Part shown: one piece after another, positions 46,836 through 59,780 of the stretch
How positions within the stretch are numbered: the stretch's first letter is position 1
Layout: every line of letters begins with the position of its first letter
DNA from: Candidatus Micrarchaeia archaeon
GTDB taxonomy: Archaea > Micrarchaeota > Micrarchaeia > Anstonellales > Bilamarchaeaceae
Length of the DNA stretch: 64,000 nucleotides
Assembly: GCA_046538155.1 (NCBI GenBank)
Contig: JBKHJL010000001.1
Coordinates: 426-64,425 of the forward strand
Reading direction: 5' to 3'
The notes under the pieces: model-generated
Database searches by the model: none
What the model was told of the DNA's origin: nothing
What the model saw: only the letters and a program-made list of their open reading frames with translations
Position numbers and translations under genes: made by a program

Positions 46836-49127
46836 ATGATAAATTCTCTTTCCCTGAAGAACTGGAGAACGCATAAGGATACCAGTTTAGAGTTTGGCAG
46901 GGGTACAAACCTCATAATAGGGATAATGGGCAGCGGAAAAAGCGGCGCGCTGAATGGTCTCAGCTATGCCCTGTTTGGCGCTTTTCCTGCCCTCAAAAGG
47001 AGGGAAACTTCTGCAGGAGACGTAATTATGCATGGGGAGGAAGAGGCGCAGGTCGGGCTTTGCTTTGCCCAGGGCGGAAAAAAATACAGGATACGTCGCA
47101 TATTAAGGAAAAAAGGAAACAAGCTTTCTGCCGCAGCAAAGCTTTATGAGGGAGAAAATGTGCTAGAGACCGGCCAGGCCAGGGTAAATGAGGCGGTCTC
47201 TTCCCTGCTGGGGATGGATTATGACCTGTTTACCCGGGCAGTTTATTCTGAACAGAACAATATAGATTATTTCCTTACCATTGACCCGGGAAGAAGGAAA
47301 AAAGAAATGGACCGGCTCCTCGGGCTGAACCGTTTTGAGACTGCCCGGGCAAACTCTGTTTACATTCTCAACAGGGTTTCCGGAGAGGCGGAATCTGCCT
47401 CTTCCCTATATAATCCGGAAGAACACGAATCACGCAAAAAAGAGTATGCTGAAAAGACAGAAAGGCTTTCATTCCTGAGTGAAGAGAAGCAAAGCGCAGA
47501 AAAATCCCTTTCCGCACTCAGGGAACAGATAGCCCCGCTTCAAAAGTCCGTTTCCACATTTGAAAAAGCAAGAAAGGAAAGGGAAGCCGCACGGAACCTG
47601 CTGGAGCGTTCCAGGGCCCGCCTTGAACAGCTCTCTTCTGAGTTGGATGGAAAGAGCCCTTCCAGGGAATCCCTCTCATTCCGCAGGGAAAAACTGGCCG
47701 ACCTTTCAAAACACAGGGAAAAACTGGGCTCTGAGATACACACCCTGGGGGAGGAATCTTCTGCGTTTGCCAGCCAGCTTGGGCGGGTTTCTGCACTGCT
47801 GGAATCTGCCAAAAGCTCTTCTGATTCACTTTGTTCACTCAAAAAAGAGATCGCAGGATTCAAAAGCCAAAAGGATTTGAAGGCATCTGCTGAGAAAATG
47901 GAGGAGCAGCTTGTTTCTTTCTCTTCCAGGTCTGAATCAACTATAAATGAAATATCAGAGCTTGAGGAGTCTGCGGCTGCTCTGCACCCGGAGCAATCAG
48001 AATGCCCGCTTTGCGGTTCAGGCCTCCCCCCTGAAAAAAAACAGCGGATACTCCTGGATAAAAAGCGCAAAATAGAAAAAAGAAAACACGAGCTTTCAGA
48101 ACTCAAAAAAGCCATTCCAAAAGCAAGGGAGGAGCTTTATGCACTGAAGAAATTGCTTCGCAGGCTTGAGCAGTTGCAGGAGAAACTTCCGGAACTCAGG
48201 TCCAGGGCGGAGTCCCTTCCTGAACTTGAAAATAAGAAATCTTCACTTGAAAAGAAACTCTTTGAATCCAGGTCTAGGCAAAAAGCCCTCCATGAAAGGA
48301 GGGAGCGGCTTGAGCAGGAGCATTCCAGGGTCCTCCTGGAGTACCGGGAGGAGGAATCCCTCCTCCGCAAGCAGGAAGCCCTGAAGGCACGGGAGGAAGA
48401 ATGCAGGAAGGCGAAGACCGCCCTCGATTCAATCAGATTCAGCGAAACAGAGCTTGAAAATGCAAGAAATTCCCTTGAAGAAGCCCGCATAAGGGAGGAG
48501 CGCACCACCTCCCGCCTTGAAATGCTTAAGAAGGAGAAGGAAGCTTCCGGAGAGATGATTTCCGTTTTGCAGGATCGCATCAGGAAAATGGAAAATGCAA
48601 AAGAGCAGGCAGCCCATCTGCAGGGCCTAAAACAGGACCTTATCCTATACAAAAACTCACTTCTTGATTTGCAGAGCGAACTGCGCTCTGAGCTTACTGA
48701 AACAATAAGCTCTGCAATGAACGAGATATGGCCGGTAATCTACCCTTATGCGGATTACGGGAAAATCAGGCTGGGAGCTACGGAGAAGGATTACTTCTTT
48801 GAAGTATATGATGGAGAATGGAGGCGCCTGGAGAAAGTGGCATCAGGAGGAGAGCGTGCCTGCCTTTCCCTCACCCTGCGGATTGCGCTCTCAACCGTGC
48901 TTACTCCCGGAGTCGGGTGGATGATGCTTGATGAGCCGACCCATAATCTTGACAGGGATGCTGTCCATGCGCTTTCTGAAGCCCTTGAGAATAAGGTGCC
49001 GCAGATAATCCCCCAGTCATTTGTGATAACCCATGAAGAGGATTTAATCAGCTCCGGTTTTGCAAGGAGCTACAAATTCTCAAGGGACAAGGAAAGCCTT
49101 GGGCCTACGGTTGTTGAGAACCTCTAG
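46836..49127 (+). CDS. Rad50/SbcC-like SMC ATPase
   Basis: Walker A GIMGSGKS, zinc hook CPLCG, signature SGGE, Walker B LDEPT, ITH. Confidence 0.88.
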   Translation: MINSLSLKNWRTHKDTSLEFGRGTNLIIGIMGSGKSGALNGLSYALFGAFPALKRRETSAGDVIMHGEEEAQVGLCFAQGGKKYRIRRILRKKGNKLSAAAKLYEGENVLETGQARVNEAVSSLLGMDYDLFTRAVYSEQNNIDYFLTIDPGRRKKEMDRLLGLNRFETARANSVYILNRVSGEAESASSLYNPEEHESRKKEYAEKTERLSFLSEEKQSAEKSLSALREQIAPLQKSVSTFEKARKEREAARNLLERSRARLEQLSSELDGKSPSRESLSFRREKLADLSKHREKLGSEIHTLGEESSAFASQLGRVSALLESAKSSSDSLCSLKKEIAGFKSQKDLKASAEKMEEQLVSFSSRSESTINEISELEESAAALHPEQSECPLCGSGLPPEKKQRILLDKKRKIEKRKHELSELKKAIPKAREELYALKKLLRRLEQLQEKLPELRSRAESLPELENKKSSLEKKLFESRSRQKALHERRERLEQEHSRVLLEYREEESLLRKQEALKAREEECRKAKTALDSIRFSETELENARNSLEEARIREERTTSRLEMLKKEKEASGEMISVLQDRIRKMENAKEQAAHLQGLKQDLILYKNSLLDLQSELRSELTETISSAMNEIWPVIYPYADYGKIRLGATEKDYFFEVYDGEWRRLEKVASGGERACLSLTLRIALSTVLTPGVGWMMLDEPTHNLDRDAVHALSEALENKVPQIIPQSFVITHEEDLISSGFARSYKFSRDKESLGPTVVENL

Positions 49128-49184
49128 ATGGCACTCTGGACAATCTTAATAAATATCCCACAGTAATCTAGATGTGTGGTTTCC

Positions 49185-49869
49185 ATGGATTACACTTATG
49201 TGGGTTTGAAGGGAAAAAAATTCCAAGAGGTTGTTCCGGGCTGCAGTTTTTGCAATTTTATCTGCATTTTTCATTTTTGCAGCAGTTATGATGTCAGGGG
49301 ACATTAGAGATTTTGTCACCTATCTTTTTGTGGTTGGTATAGCATTAATCACTTTAGCTGCTGCATATACAGAATTCACTTGGAATGTTTCTTATCTGGT
49401 TACGGAAAAGGGGTTGGTTATGACCCGCCCGATCCTACATCGCAAAGTTTTGCCGTACGCACAGGTGCATGAGGCGAAACAGCTCAGTGCTAAGGAGGCT
49501 AGGGAGATTTTAACGGAGCGCTGGAACGAAATCCATAAATAAGATATCAAAGAAACAACCATCGAAAGTCCGGTGGGAGATATCAATGCCCGTTACAAAA
49601 ATCCTTCAACCCCTGACAGAACGATGAAAGACATGAAGCTTAAGATGGTCGGGAATTATTCCAGCCTCCCTATCCGGTTTGGGCAAAGCAAAAAGCGCAA
49701 ACTTTCCTCTTGGAAACTGCACCTGGATGTTCCTGAGTCAACATATGTCTATCTATCAGTTGAAGAGGGTGATTTTGGCAGCATGGAATACCTGCTCAGC
49801 CCAGATAACCCAAAGGAGTTTTTGGGCAAGCTGAAAGAGCACATAAAAATAACCCAAAGGCGTAGATAG
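49185..49869 (+). pseudogene. Disrupted two-TM plus PH-like-domain membrane protein
   Basis: ATG 49185 is out of frame with the body across an A7 run; in-frame TAA at 49540-49542 separates two same-frame ORFs. Confidence 0.65.
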
Positions 49870-49954
49870 CCTTTTACATAACACCTGCCCCAAGGCCCCG
49901 TCTTCTCCATCTTAATGAAAATAAATAAAAATTACTCCTCTCTATCATTATGCA

Positions 49955-50902
49955 ATGGATATCTTTGCAATATCACTCACAGTCCTGGGGCTCATTTTCT
50001 TCGAGACCATTACCAGCCTGGACAATGCAGTGATAAATGCAGAAATCCTCTCAAAGATGAGCGAGAGGGCGAAGAGATGGTTCCTCCTCTGGGGAATCCT
50101 GATAGCCGTTTTCGCGATAAGGGGGCTCCTGCCAGCGGCAATCGTCTGGGTTGCGAACCCAAGCTTTACTCTGGAGGACGTTTTTGTCGCAACCCTTTCC
50201 AGCGACCCCGAGGTTGTAGAAGCAATGGAGGCCAGCGGCCCCATATTGCTTATTGCCGGAGGAATATTCCTGATTTTCCTGTTTTTCCACTGGCTGTTTC
50301 TGGAGCCAAAGCATTTTGGGCTGCCCACTGAAAAGTTTTTCCGAAAACAGGGGGTGTGGTTCTTTGCAGTGGTATCCATACTTCTCACTTACATAACCTG
50401 GCACGCAATAAACCTGGACCCCCTTCTTGCATTTGGTGCAGTGGTCGGCTCAACCGCCTTCTTCATCGTCCATGGGTTCAAGCAGAATGCGGAACTGCAG
50501 GAATCAAAGCTCAGGAAAGGCTCCCAGAAGATGACAGACCTCAGCAGACTGATGTACCTGGAGGTAATTGACGCCACCTTTTCAATAGATGGTGTGGTAG
50601 GGGCATTCGCATTCACTTTTGCCGTCCCCCTTATACTTCTTGGAAACGGAGTGGGAGCATTTGTGGTCAGGGAACTCACGATCCGCAATATTGAAAATGT
50701 AAAGAAATATGTTTTCCTGAAAAACGGGGCAATGTATTCCATATTCTTCCTGGGAACTATAATGGTTCTTGAGAGCTTTGGAATGCACATACCATCCTGG
50801 TTCTCCCCGATAATCACTTTCTCAGTAGTCGGTTTCTTCTTCTGGAAGTCCATATGCAGGCTTAACGGGGAGAAGAACGGGAAGTCAAAAAATAAGGATT
50901 AG
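49955..50902 (+). CDS. DUF475 (TerC-like) membrane protein
   Basis: SLDNAVINA, YLEVIDATFSIDGVVGAFA, LKNGAMYSI. Confidence 0.88.
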   Translation: MDIFAISLTVLGLIFFETITSLDNAVINAEILSKMSERAKRWFLLWGILIAVFAIRGLLPAAIVWVANPSFTLEDVFVATLSSDPEVVEAMEASGPILLIAGGIFLIFLFFHWLFLEPKHFGLPTEKFFRKQGVWFFAVVSILLTYITWHAINLDPLLAFGAVVGSTAFFIVHGFKQNAELQESKLRKGSQKMTDLSRLMYLEVIDATFSIDGVVGAFAFTFAVPLILLGNGVGAFVVRELTIRNIENVKKYVFLKNGAMYSIFFLGTIMVLESFGMHIPSWFSPIITFSVVGFFFWKSICRLNGEKNGKSKNKD

Positions 50903-53280
50903 AACCAGTCTCCAAGCCCCTTCTGCTTCCCCCCATGCTTCAATTCATATTCATCGTACCCAAGCTCCTTGAGTATCTTCATCACAGAAGGCAAAACCTG
51001 GTTATCTATATAATACTGGGGGTCGTAATTTTCAGCGAACTCAGCAAGCTCTGCTTTGTCCGAAATGCTTTTTCCCTTCTGGGTAATAACATACGAAATT
51101 ATGCTTCCCCTGCCTATTTTCCTGCCCCTTTCCATTGCTTTTTGGGCTGCAGACAGCTCAGGCGATTTGATGTCATAGTTTTTGGGGTCTTTTTTCAGCT
51201 GGGTGTAGATGGATACTTTTTCCATTGGCATTTTGCCCTTTTTCAGCTCTTCTATGACCTCCTTGACTATTTCAACCGCCTTCTGCTTCCTTCCTTCCTT
51301 TAGGATGGCCTCCAGCACCTTCCTCTGGGTTTCCCTTGCAACAGCAGACCAGTCACGCCGAACCAGCTCAAAACCCTTAATCTTGATGCTTCCATCCTCG
51401 GAAAGCATTGCATATTTCTTCTTTGCGCCGGTGGCCTCTTTCTGGTGTTTTTTGCTGACAAAAACCCCCCGGCTATAGAAGTCCTCCAGCTCCAGCTCCA
51501 TCTTCTCCGGGAGCTCGGAATTTATTTCTTCCAGGAACTCAAGTGCCTCCTCTTTGGTCCTGTCTCCAAGCAGCAGAAAAACGGAGTCTGTATCCATGTA
51601 TAATACGCGAAATCCTGCTTTCTCCGCCTTTTTTTCAAGTTCCTTTATGTGCTGGCGGCCCCATGAAGTAACGCTCTCTGCACAGTTTCTGTTGTACCAC
51701 CTTGAGCGCGCATACCCCAGGTACCCGTAGAACGAGTTTGCCAGGATTTTAAGCGCATAGCTCCTTGCATATGCCTGGTTGTAGGCAGCAGAGCCCTTCT
51801 CCATCTCCTTCAGCCGTTTTTTTATTTTTGCCCGCCTGCCCATAAGCCGTTCCAAAACCCCCGGAATCAGCCCCACAGGCTCCTTCAGGAACTTCGCCCC
51901 GGTAGGGGATTCAAAGCTATCTCCTTCCCTGTCCAGCCTGTCCGGGTCTATATTATATGAGCAGATTATGCTCGGGTACAGGCCCCGGAAGTCAAAGACC
52001 ACAATGTCATCGTAAATCCCGGGCTCGGGAAGTTTTACATATGCTCCTTTAATCGGATTCTTGGCCCTTGCATTGACCGCCGAGCCGCTGGGCTTGGGAG
52101 GTATTACGATGTTTTTCTCTACCGCCTCGCTCATGAGGAGCGATTCCACCAGCTGCCCCGAAGTAGAATAAGCAACATCAAAAAGCGGGAGCCGGGTTAT
52201 CTCGCTAAGTTCCATTTGTATGGGCAGTAGGTGCTTCCCTATTTCATGTGTGCACACTGCATCTGCAAGCGAATACTCTGAAAGCTCTCCAAGTTCCCCG
52301 TTATCCCACATCTTCCAGATGTCGCTCCTTTCCACCATCTTCTTTTTCTTCCCGGTTATTGCAGAATATACGTTTTTGAGGGTATAGTCCCCGCTCTGTA
52401 TCATCCCTGTGAACCCGAAAAACCGCACGGAAGGGTAAAGGTCTATATGCACCCTCCCCCGGATTTTAAGGGGGTTCAGGAGCCCTTTTTTTGTTTTCCT
52501 GTAAGATGAGCCGTCCCTGCTCAGCGGAAGCTCTATTTTGTTTCTTTTTGCCCTTTCCAGCAGATAGGGGAGATCGAAGTTGGTGCTGTTGTAGGCCATC
52601 AGCACATCCACATCCTTTTCTTCCAACAGCGAACAAAATCCCTCAATCATCTCTTTTTCTCCGTCCAGGGTATGCACAAATTCTTTCCCCGGGACATCTT
52701 TGTAGGTAAGCACCCCGCCTTCATCATCTGTGGCATAGCTTACCATAAGTGCGGGGTCTTTTGACTCCCTGGACGCCCCCTCAGGATTATATGTTTCAAT
52801 ATCAAAGGAAAGGCCCTGGAGCAGATGGCCCCCGTTCCCCTCTGAACCCAGGAATTTTTTTATGAACCTCCCTTCTCTTTCATACTTTATTATAGAGAGC
52901 GGAACAAGCCCCAAATCCATCAAAAAGCGCCTTCCGAACGGGATGCTGTATTCATAGCAGGCGAACTCTATTTTGTCTTCAAGCAGGGGCACATCCCTCG
53001 GGGCTTTGCAGTATATCTTCAGCATTTGCCTTGTTTCGCCATTGAGTGTCCTTTTTACCGGCTCAACTTTCTTCGGAGAAACTATTTCCCCGTCTCTTGC
53101 CTTGGCAATTGTGCCCTCTATCTCTTTCCGGGCTTCAGGAGGGGCATAAGCATAGAAATAGGGGTTGTATTTGTAGTAAAGTGCAGAGGCCCGCCTTCCT
53201 TTTACTTCCAGCCTTGCATAGGTCTGGCCCTTCCTTAGGATATAGTCAATATTGAGCAGAACGCCTTTCTTTCTCACCAT
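50899..53280 (-). CDS. polB: Family B DNA polymerase
   Basis: Exonuclease DIET and YNSTNFD; polymerase DFRGLYPS, KILANSFYGY, YMDTDS, KKYA. Confidence 0.96.
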   Translation of the reverse strand: MVRKKGVLLNIDYILRKGQTYARLEVKGRRASALYYKYNPYFYAYAPPEARKEIEGTIAKARDGEIVSPKKVEPVKRTLNGETRQMLKIYCKAPRDVPLLEDKIEFACYEYSIPFGRRFLMDLGLVPLSIIKYEREGRFIKKFLGSEGNGGHLLQGLSFDIETYNPEGASRESKDPALMVSYATDDEGGVLTYKDVPGKEFVHTLDGEKEMIEGFCSLLEEKDVDVLMAYNSTNFDLPYLLERAKRNKIELPLSRDGSSYRKTKKGLLNPLKIRGRVHIDLYPSVRFFGFTGMIQSGDYTLKNVYSAITGKKKKMVERSDIWKMWDNGELGELSEYSLADAVCTHEIGKHLLPIQMELSEITRLPLFDVAYSTSGQLVESLLMSEAVEKNIVIPPKPSGSAVNARAKNPIKGAYVKLPEPGIYDDIVVFDFRGLYPSIICSYNIDPDRLDREGDSFESPTGAKFLKEPVGLIPGVLERLMGRRAKIKKRLKEMEKGSAAYNQAYARSYALKILANSFYGYLGYARSRWYNRNCAESVTSWGRQHIKELEKKAEKAGFRVLYMDTDSVFLLLGDRTKEEALEFLEEINSELPEKMELELEDFYSRGVFVSKKHQKEATGAKKKYAMLSEDGSIKIKGFELVRRDWSAVARETQRKVLEAILKEGRKQKAVEIVKEVIEELKKGKMPMEKVSIYTQLKKDPKNYDIKSPELSAAQKAMERGRKIGRGSIISYVITQKGKSISDKAELAEFAENYDPQYYIDNQVLPSVMKILKELGYDEYELKHGGKQKGLGDWF

Positions 53281-53310
53281 CTGGAAGAATAAGGAAGAAA
53301 AAGGTTAAAT

Positions 53311-54060
53311 TCAATAGCTATTCTTTCTGAGCACAAGCTCCTTTTCAATAAGCTCGGAAACCACTTCCCGCGGTATGAATCTTCTTCCGCTTATTTTTAC
53401 ATGGGGAACGCGGTTCCTGTCGAGCCTCCTCTCAAATGCATTTCTTTTTATTTCCACGTTCCTCTGGTGGAGTTCCTTCAGTGCCTCGCTCACAGAGTAG
53501 TATTTTTTTGCAACGTGGTTGAGGGAGTCTATTGCCTCCTTTGGTATCAGCCTTTTTGTGCCTATTTTTATTGAGGGGATAGAATTCTTCTCTACCCTGC
53601 CGATGAAGGCACGGTAGTTGATGTTCTTATTATGCTTCTTGTATTTTTCATATGCTTTGCGCACACTGTAGAATCTGTTTCCTAGTTCCAGCATGTCTTC
53701 AAGGGACTGCACCGGAATGTAGCGCTTTTTTCCTATTTTTACCGAGGGTATGCTGCGCCTTTCTATCCTTCCGCCAAATGCCCTGAATGAGATATCCATG
53801 CCCTTTGACCTTAGGAATTCATATGAATCCTGTATTGAGTAAAGACCCCCTTTCTTCAGGGCCTCATCGTTGAGTTTTTTCCGTGAATTCATCTCTTTGG
53901 CCGCTTCCATGACTTCTTCTATGGAGCTGGAAAGCTGATTTTCAACTTCGGCCCTTTCTTCTTCTATTTCTCCCATGTCCAGAAACCTGAAGTTGTCTAC
54001 CTTGTTGTCGTCAATCTTTTTGTTAATAACGATTCTTCTTCCCCTCGGCACATTTTTCAC
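53311..54060 (-). CDS. Protein with three tandem excisionase/MerR-like HTH repeats
   Basis: Three YS....-..AF..R....IP.(V/I)KI...R.IP units. Confidence 0.75.
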   Translation of the reverse strand: MKNVPRGRRIVINKKIDDNKVDNFRFLDMGEIEEERAEVENQLSSSIEEVMEAAKEMNSRKKLNDEALKKGGLYSIQDSYEFLRSKGMDISFRAFGGRIERRSIPSVKIGKKRYIPVQSLEDMLELGNRFYSVRKAYEKYKKHNKNINYRAFIGRVEKNSIPSIKIGTKRLIPKEAIDSLNHVAKKYYSVSEALKELHQRNVEIKRNAFERRLDRNRVPHVKISGRRFIPREVVSELIEKELVLRKNSY

Positions 54061-54116
54061 CTTTTTCCGTTTTTATTCACAGTATAATTACGTCTAACAG
54101 ATTTATAAACCTATCG

Positions 54117-55388
54117 TTATTCCTCTTCGGTAAGCCCTTTTACGTATCTCCACACCAGGTACGCCAAAATTACAGCTACGAGGGCTCCCCCAACAAAAAG
54201 GCAGGTATTGTCTTCCTCCTCAGGAGGTTGCCCCTCCCCGTTTTCCTCTTCTTTACCATTTTCCTCCCCGCTCTCTTCTTCCGGAGTTACCAGATACTGC
54301 CCGTTCACTGTATTCATGTTCCCTTCTTTGTCGTAAGCAGTTATGGTAAACCTCAAAAGGGTATTTTCCGGGGGCTCAGGGATGTCCACTGCATACTTGC
54401 CGCTGTCTGCATAGGGGACTGCAGTATGGGTAACCCCTTCCAGAGTATAGGTTACTGTGGTTTCTGCAAGGTCGACCCCGCTCGCGTAAGTGTTTGGGTC
54501 ATTAATGTAAAAGAATATTCTCAGTTCCCCATTCTCCCTCTCCACTTCAGTATCTGTTATCTCCGGAGGAGTGATATCAAATGAAACCGTGTATTCTGTC
54601 TGTTCTGCGAGATTTATCTCAGGGGTTTTTTCCATCAGCCCATAAGAAATAACCACGTGTGGGTGCTGGAGGGATATTTCCTCTATATCCACCTCTGCAG
54701 CATCAAATTCCATGTCTTCCACGGTTATTTCCGCGGCAAGGGGGTCCCCCCCGTCATCAACAACCTCAAGATGGAGAGGGTAAACTTTCGCCTGCAGGGT
54801 GTATGTTTTGTCCTCCATCACTTCAATCTCCTTTGTTATTACTCCATTTTTGTAAGGGACCGCGATCTCAAGTATTCCCTTGTTCACTATTATGCCCACA
54901 CATCCGTTTTTAGTAGTATTGCGGTACATCTGGTTTATCCTTATTTGGGTGTTTGCAAGGGGTTGCCCGTACCTGTCCACAATACTGAGTGAAAGCAGGT
55001 ATGCATCTTCAAATCTTACATGGAGTTCGTTGGGGTGGTCGTTTGCCCGTATCTCCCTTTCAACAACCACGCCGTCGTATTCTGTGCGTATTGTGACCCC
55101 ACACTCAACCCTGCTTTCAAATGTTTCAGTATTCCTTATGGTTTCTTCTACCCTGCCGTCTTCCCCGGTGTATTGGGTGTTGGTGGTCACATATCCTTTC
55201 CCGGTGGTCCTGTCCTTCTGGTAGGTAATATTCACCGCTGCCCCTTCAATTGGACGGTATTTGTGGTCAATTACTTTGATGTCCAGGGTATCCACAAACC
55301 CCGGTTCGCAGGCAGTCGCAAGGCCCGGTGAAAAAACAAGAACAAAAAGAATCAGGCAGGGAATCCGGCTCAGGATGTTATTCCACAT
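54117..55388 (-). CDS. Secreted beta-rich protein with a C-terminal TM anchor
   Basis: Signal peptide, Ig-like repeats, acidic linker, C-terminal hydrophobic helix. Confidence 0.75.
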   Translation of the reverse strand: MWNNILSRIPCLILFVLVFSPGLATACEPGFVDTLDIKVIDHKYRPIEGAAVNITYQKDRTTGKGYVTTNTQYTGEDGRVEETIRNTETFESRVECGVTIRTEYDGVVVEREIRANDHPNELHVRFEDAYLLSLSIVDRYGQPLANTQIRINQMYRNTTKNGCVGIIVNKGILEIAVPYKNGVITKEIEVMEDKTYTLQAKVYPLHLEVVDDGGDPLAAEITVEDMEFDAAEVDIEEISLQHPHVVISYGLMEKTPEINLAEQTEYTVSFDITPPEITDTEVERENGELRIFFYINDPNTYASGVDLAETTVTYTLEGVTHTAVPYADSGKYAVDIPEPPENTLLRFTITAYDKEGNMNTVNGQYLVTPEEESGEENGKEEENGEGQPPEEEDNTCLFVGGALVAVILAYLVWRYVKGLTEEE

Positions 55389-55428
55389 GATATCACAGCT
55401 AATGATTTATTCCCCCACCTTTAAAACC

Positions 55429-57852
55429 CTACTTCTCCTCGTTGCCTGCATCTTCTACCTCTGCTTCTGCCTTTTCCGGGCTCAGGACTGCGCAGGAAGA
55501 TACCCTTTCATTTTCCTTGAGTTTTGCCACCCTTACTCCCATGGTGTTCCTTCCTATAGTGGATATCCCCTGGGCCCCCATGCGTATTATCCTTCCCCTG
55601 GAGCTCACAACCATTATCTCATCGCTGTCATCCACTGCCTTTACTGTGACAACCTTTCCGTTCCTTCCCCCTGTTTTTATGTTGATTATGCCCTTGCCCC
55701 CTCTTCCCTGCACTCGGTAGTCCTCAAGCAGCGTCTTTTTTCCATAACCATTTTCGGTGATGGTCAGGATATGGGGTTTGTTGCATATTGCAAACCCTAC
55801 AACCCTGTCCCCTTTTCTCAGGCGTATCCCCCTCACACCCATAGATCCCCTGCCCGTCTCTCTCACGTCTTTTTCATTGAACCTTATTGCCAGCCCGTTT
55901 TCCGTACCGAGCAGCAGGGTCTGGTTTCCATCTGTTTTTCTTACTCCCACGAGTTCATCCCCTTCTCTGAGAGTTATTGCGCGTATGCCCCCTTTTCTGG
56001 GCCTGCTGAATGCAGAGAGGCTTGTTTTGTTCATTGTCCCGTTCCTGGTTGCCATAATCAGGTATTCATTTTCCCTGAATTCATCCACCGCTATCCAGGT
56101 GTTTATCGTTTCTTCCCTGAGGTCCAGGAGATTCACTATCGGCTTCCCCTTTGAATATCTGCCCCCCTCCGGGACTTTATATGTCTTGAGCCAGTGGGCC
56201 CTTCCCTCATCCGTAAAGAACAGCAGGTACTTGTGGTTGGTCGTGACTATGAGGTCTTCTATGAAGTCGCCTTCAACCGTTTCTGCGCCTATTACCCCAA
56301 GTCCTCCTCTTTTCTGTTTGTGGTATTCTTCCAGGGGGACTCTCTTGATATACCCCCTCTTGGAGAAGGTAACAACAACTTTTTCATCAGGAATCAGCGC
56401 TTCTATGCCTTCATCCTCTTCCCCTTCAATGATTTCTGTTTTTCTGGGGGAGCCGAACTTTGCTTTGAGCTCCTGGGATTCCTGCCTTATTACCTCAAGT
56501 ATTTTCTGCTCATTCCCAAGAAGCTCTTCAAGCTCCCTTATCAGTTCCTCCTTCCCCTTCTTCTCTTTTTCAATTTCCTCCCGTTCCATGCCGGTCAGTT
56601 TCTGCAGTCGCATTTCCAGTATGGCGTTGGACTGCTTTTCAGAAATTCCGTAAATCTTCTCCAGGGAGGTCTTGGCAGATTCCTTGTCCGAAGCCGATTT
56701 TATGATTTCAATGACAGGGTTTATGTTTTGCAGGGCAACAATCAGACCTTCCAGAAGATGCAGCCGGTCCTGCGCCTTTTTGAGCTCAAACCTGCTCCTC
56801 CTTACAATGACCTCTTTGCGGAAGTTGATGAATTCGCTTATCATCTCATGCAGTGTGAGCTCCTTTGGTTTTCCCCCGACCAGCGCGAGGTTTATTATCC
56901 CGAAGCTTTTTTCCAGGTCGGTGTGGGCGTAAAGCTGTCTGAGCACTATTTCCGGGTCCTCCCCCCTCTTGAGGTCCACCTTTATATTCATCCCATCCTT
57001 GTCCGAATGGTCGTGCATTCCACTTATCCCATCTATCTTCTTTTCTTTTACCCTCTCCACAACCTGGCGGATCAGGTTTGTCTTGTTAACCTGGTAGGGT
57101 ATTTCGGTTATGATTATGCGGCCTTCCTCTATCCCTGCCTTTCCCCGTATCTTGACTATTCCCCTCCCTGTGGTGTATGCATCCAGTATCCCCTTCTTTC
57201 CAACTATGCACCCTCCTGTGGGGAAATCCGGGCCATTCACTATGCCCAGCAGTTCTTCTTCTCCTGCCCCGTCTATAACTGCAATAACCCCGTCAAGTAT
57301 TTCTGAAAGATTGTGCGGAGGTACATTTGTAGCCATTCCAACGGCAATTCCTGCGGAGCCATTCACCAGCAGCCCGGGTATTCTGGACGGGAGGACGGTG
57401 GGCTCTTTGAGTGTGCCGTCAAAATTCGGCAGGAATTCCACGGTATCTTTTTCTATGTCCTGAAGGAACTCCTCTGCAATTGCCTTCATCCTCACTTCTG
57501 TATACCTCATTGCTGCTGCAGAATCCCCGTCAACGCTTCCGAAGTTTCCCTGCCCGTCCACAAGTACTTCCCTGAGGCTGAAGGGCTGGGCCATCCTTAC
57601 AAGGGAATCGTATATTGCCGCGTCCCCATGCGGGTGGTATTTACCAAGTACTTCCCCGACTATCCTTGCGCTTTTTTTGTAGGATTTGGTATGGGTGTTT
57701 CCCAGCTCATACATTCCGTAGAGTATTCTCCTGTGCACCGGTTTGAGCCCGTCTCTCACATCCGGAAGGGCCCTGCTGACTATCACGCTCATTGCGTAAT
57801 CCATGTACGAGCTTTTCATGTCTTCTTCAATAGGGATTTCTGTTACTATCAT
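55429..57852 (-). CDS. gyrA: DNA gyrase subunit A
   Basis: [22 protein letters not shown], GyrA-box QKRGGLG, beta-pinwheel CTD. Confidence 0.97.
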   Translation of the reverse strand: MIVTEIPIEEDMKSSYMDYAMSVIVSRALPDVRDGLKPVHRRILYGMYELGNTHTKSYKKSARIVGEVLGKYHPHGDAAIYDSLVRMAQPFSLREVLVDGQGNFGSVDGDSAAAMRYTEVRMKAIAEEFLQDIEKDTVEFLPNFDGTLKEPTVLPSRIPGLLVNGSAGIAVGMATNVPPHNLSEILDGVIAVIDGAGEEELLGIVNGPDFPTGGCIVGKKGILDAYTTGRGIVKIRGKAGIEEGRIIITEIPYQVNKTNLIRQVVERVKEKKIDGISGMHDHSDKDGMNIKVDLKRGEDPEIVLRQLYAHTDLEKSFGIINLALVGGKPKELTLHEMISEFINFRKEVIVRRSRFELKKAQDRLHLLEGLIVALQNINPVIEIIKSASDKESAKTSLEKIYGISEKQSNAILEMRLQKLTGMEREEIEKEKKGKEELIRELEELLGNEQKILEVIRQESQELKAKFGSPRKTEIIEGEEDEGIEALIPDEKVVVTFSKRGYIKRVPLEEYHKQKRGGLGVIGAETVEGDFIEDLIVTTNHKYLLFFTDEGRAHWLKTYKVPEGGRYSKGKPIVNLLDLREETINTWIAVDEFRENEYLIMATRNGTMNKTSLSAFSRPRKGGIRAITLREGDELVGVRKTDGNQTLLLGTENGLAIRFNEKDVRETGRGSMGVRGIRLRKGDRVVGFAICNKPHILTITENGYGKKTLLEDYRVQGRGGKGIINIKTGGRNGKVVTVKAVDDSDEIMVVSSRGRIIRMGAQGISTIGRNTMGVRVAKLKENERVSSCAVLSPEKAEAEVEDAGNEEK

Positions 57853-57860
57853 GGGATCAC

Positions 57861-59747
<1,887 letters not shown>

Positions 59748-59780
59748 TCACTCCCTGTGTTTTTTGCTTTCTACATCGTA

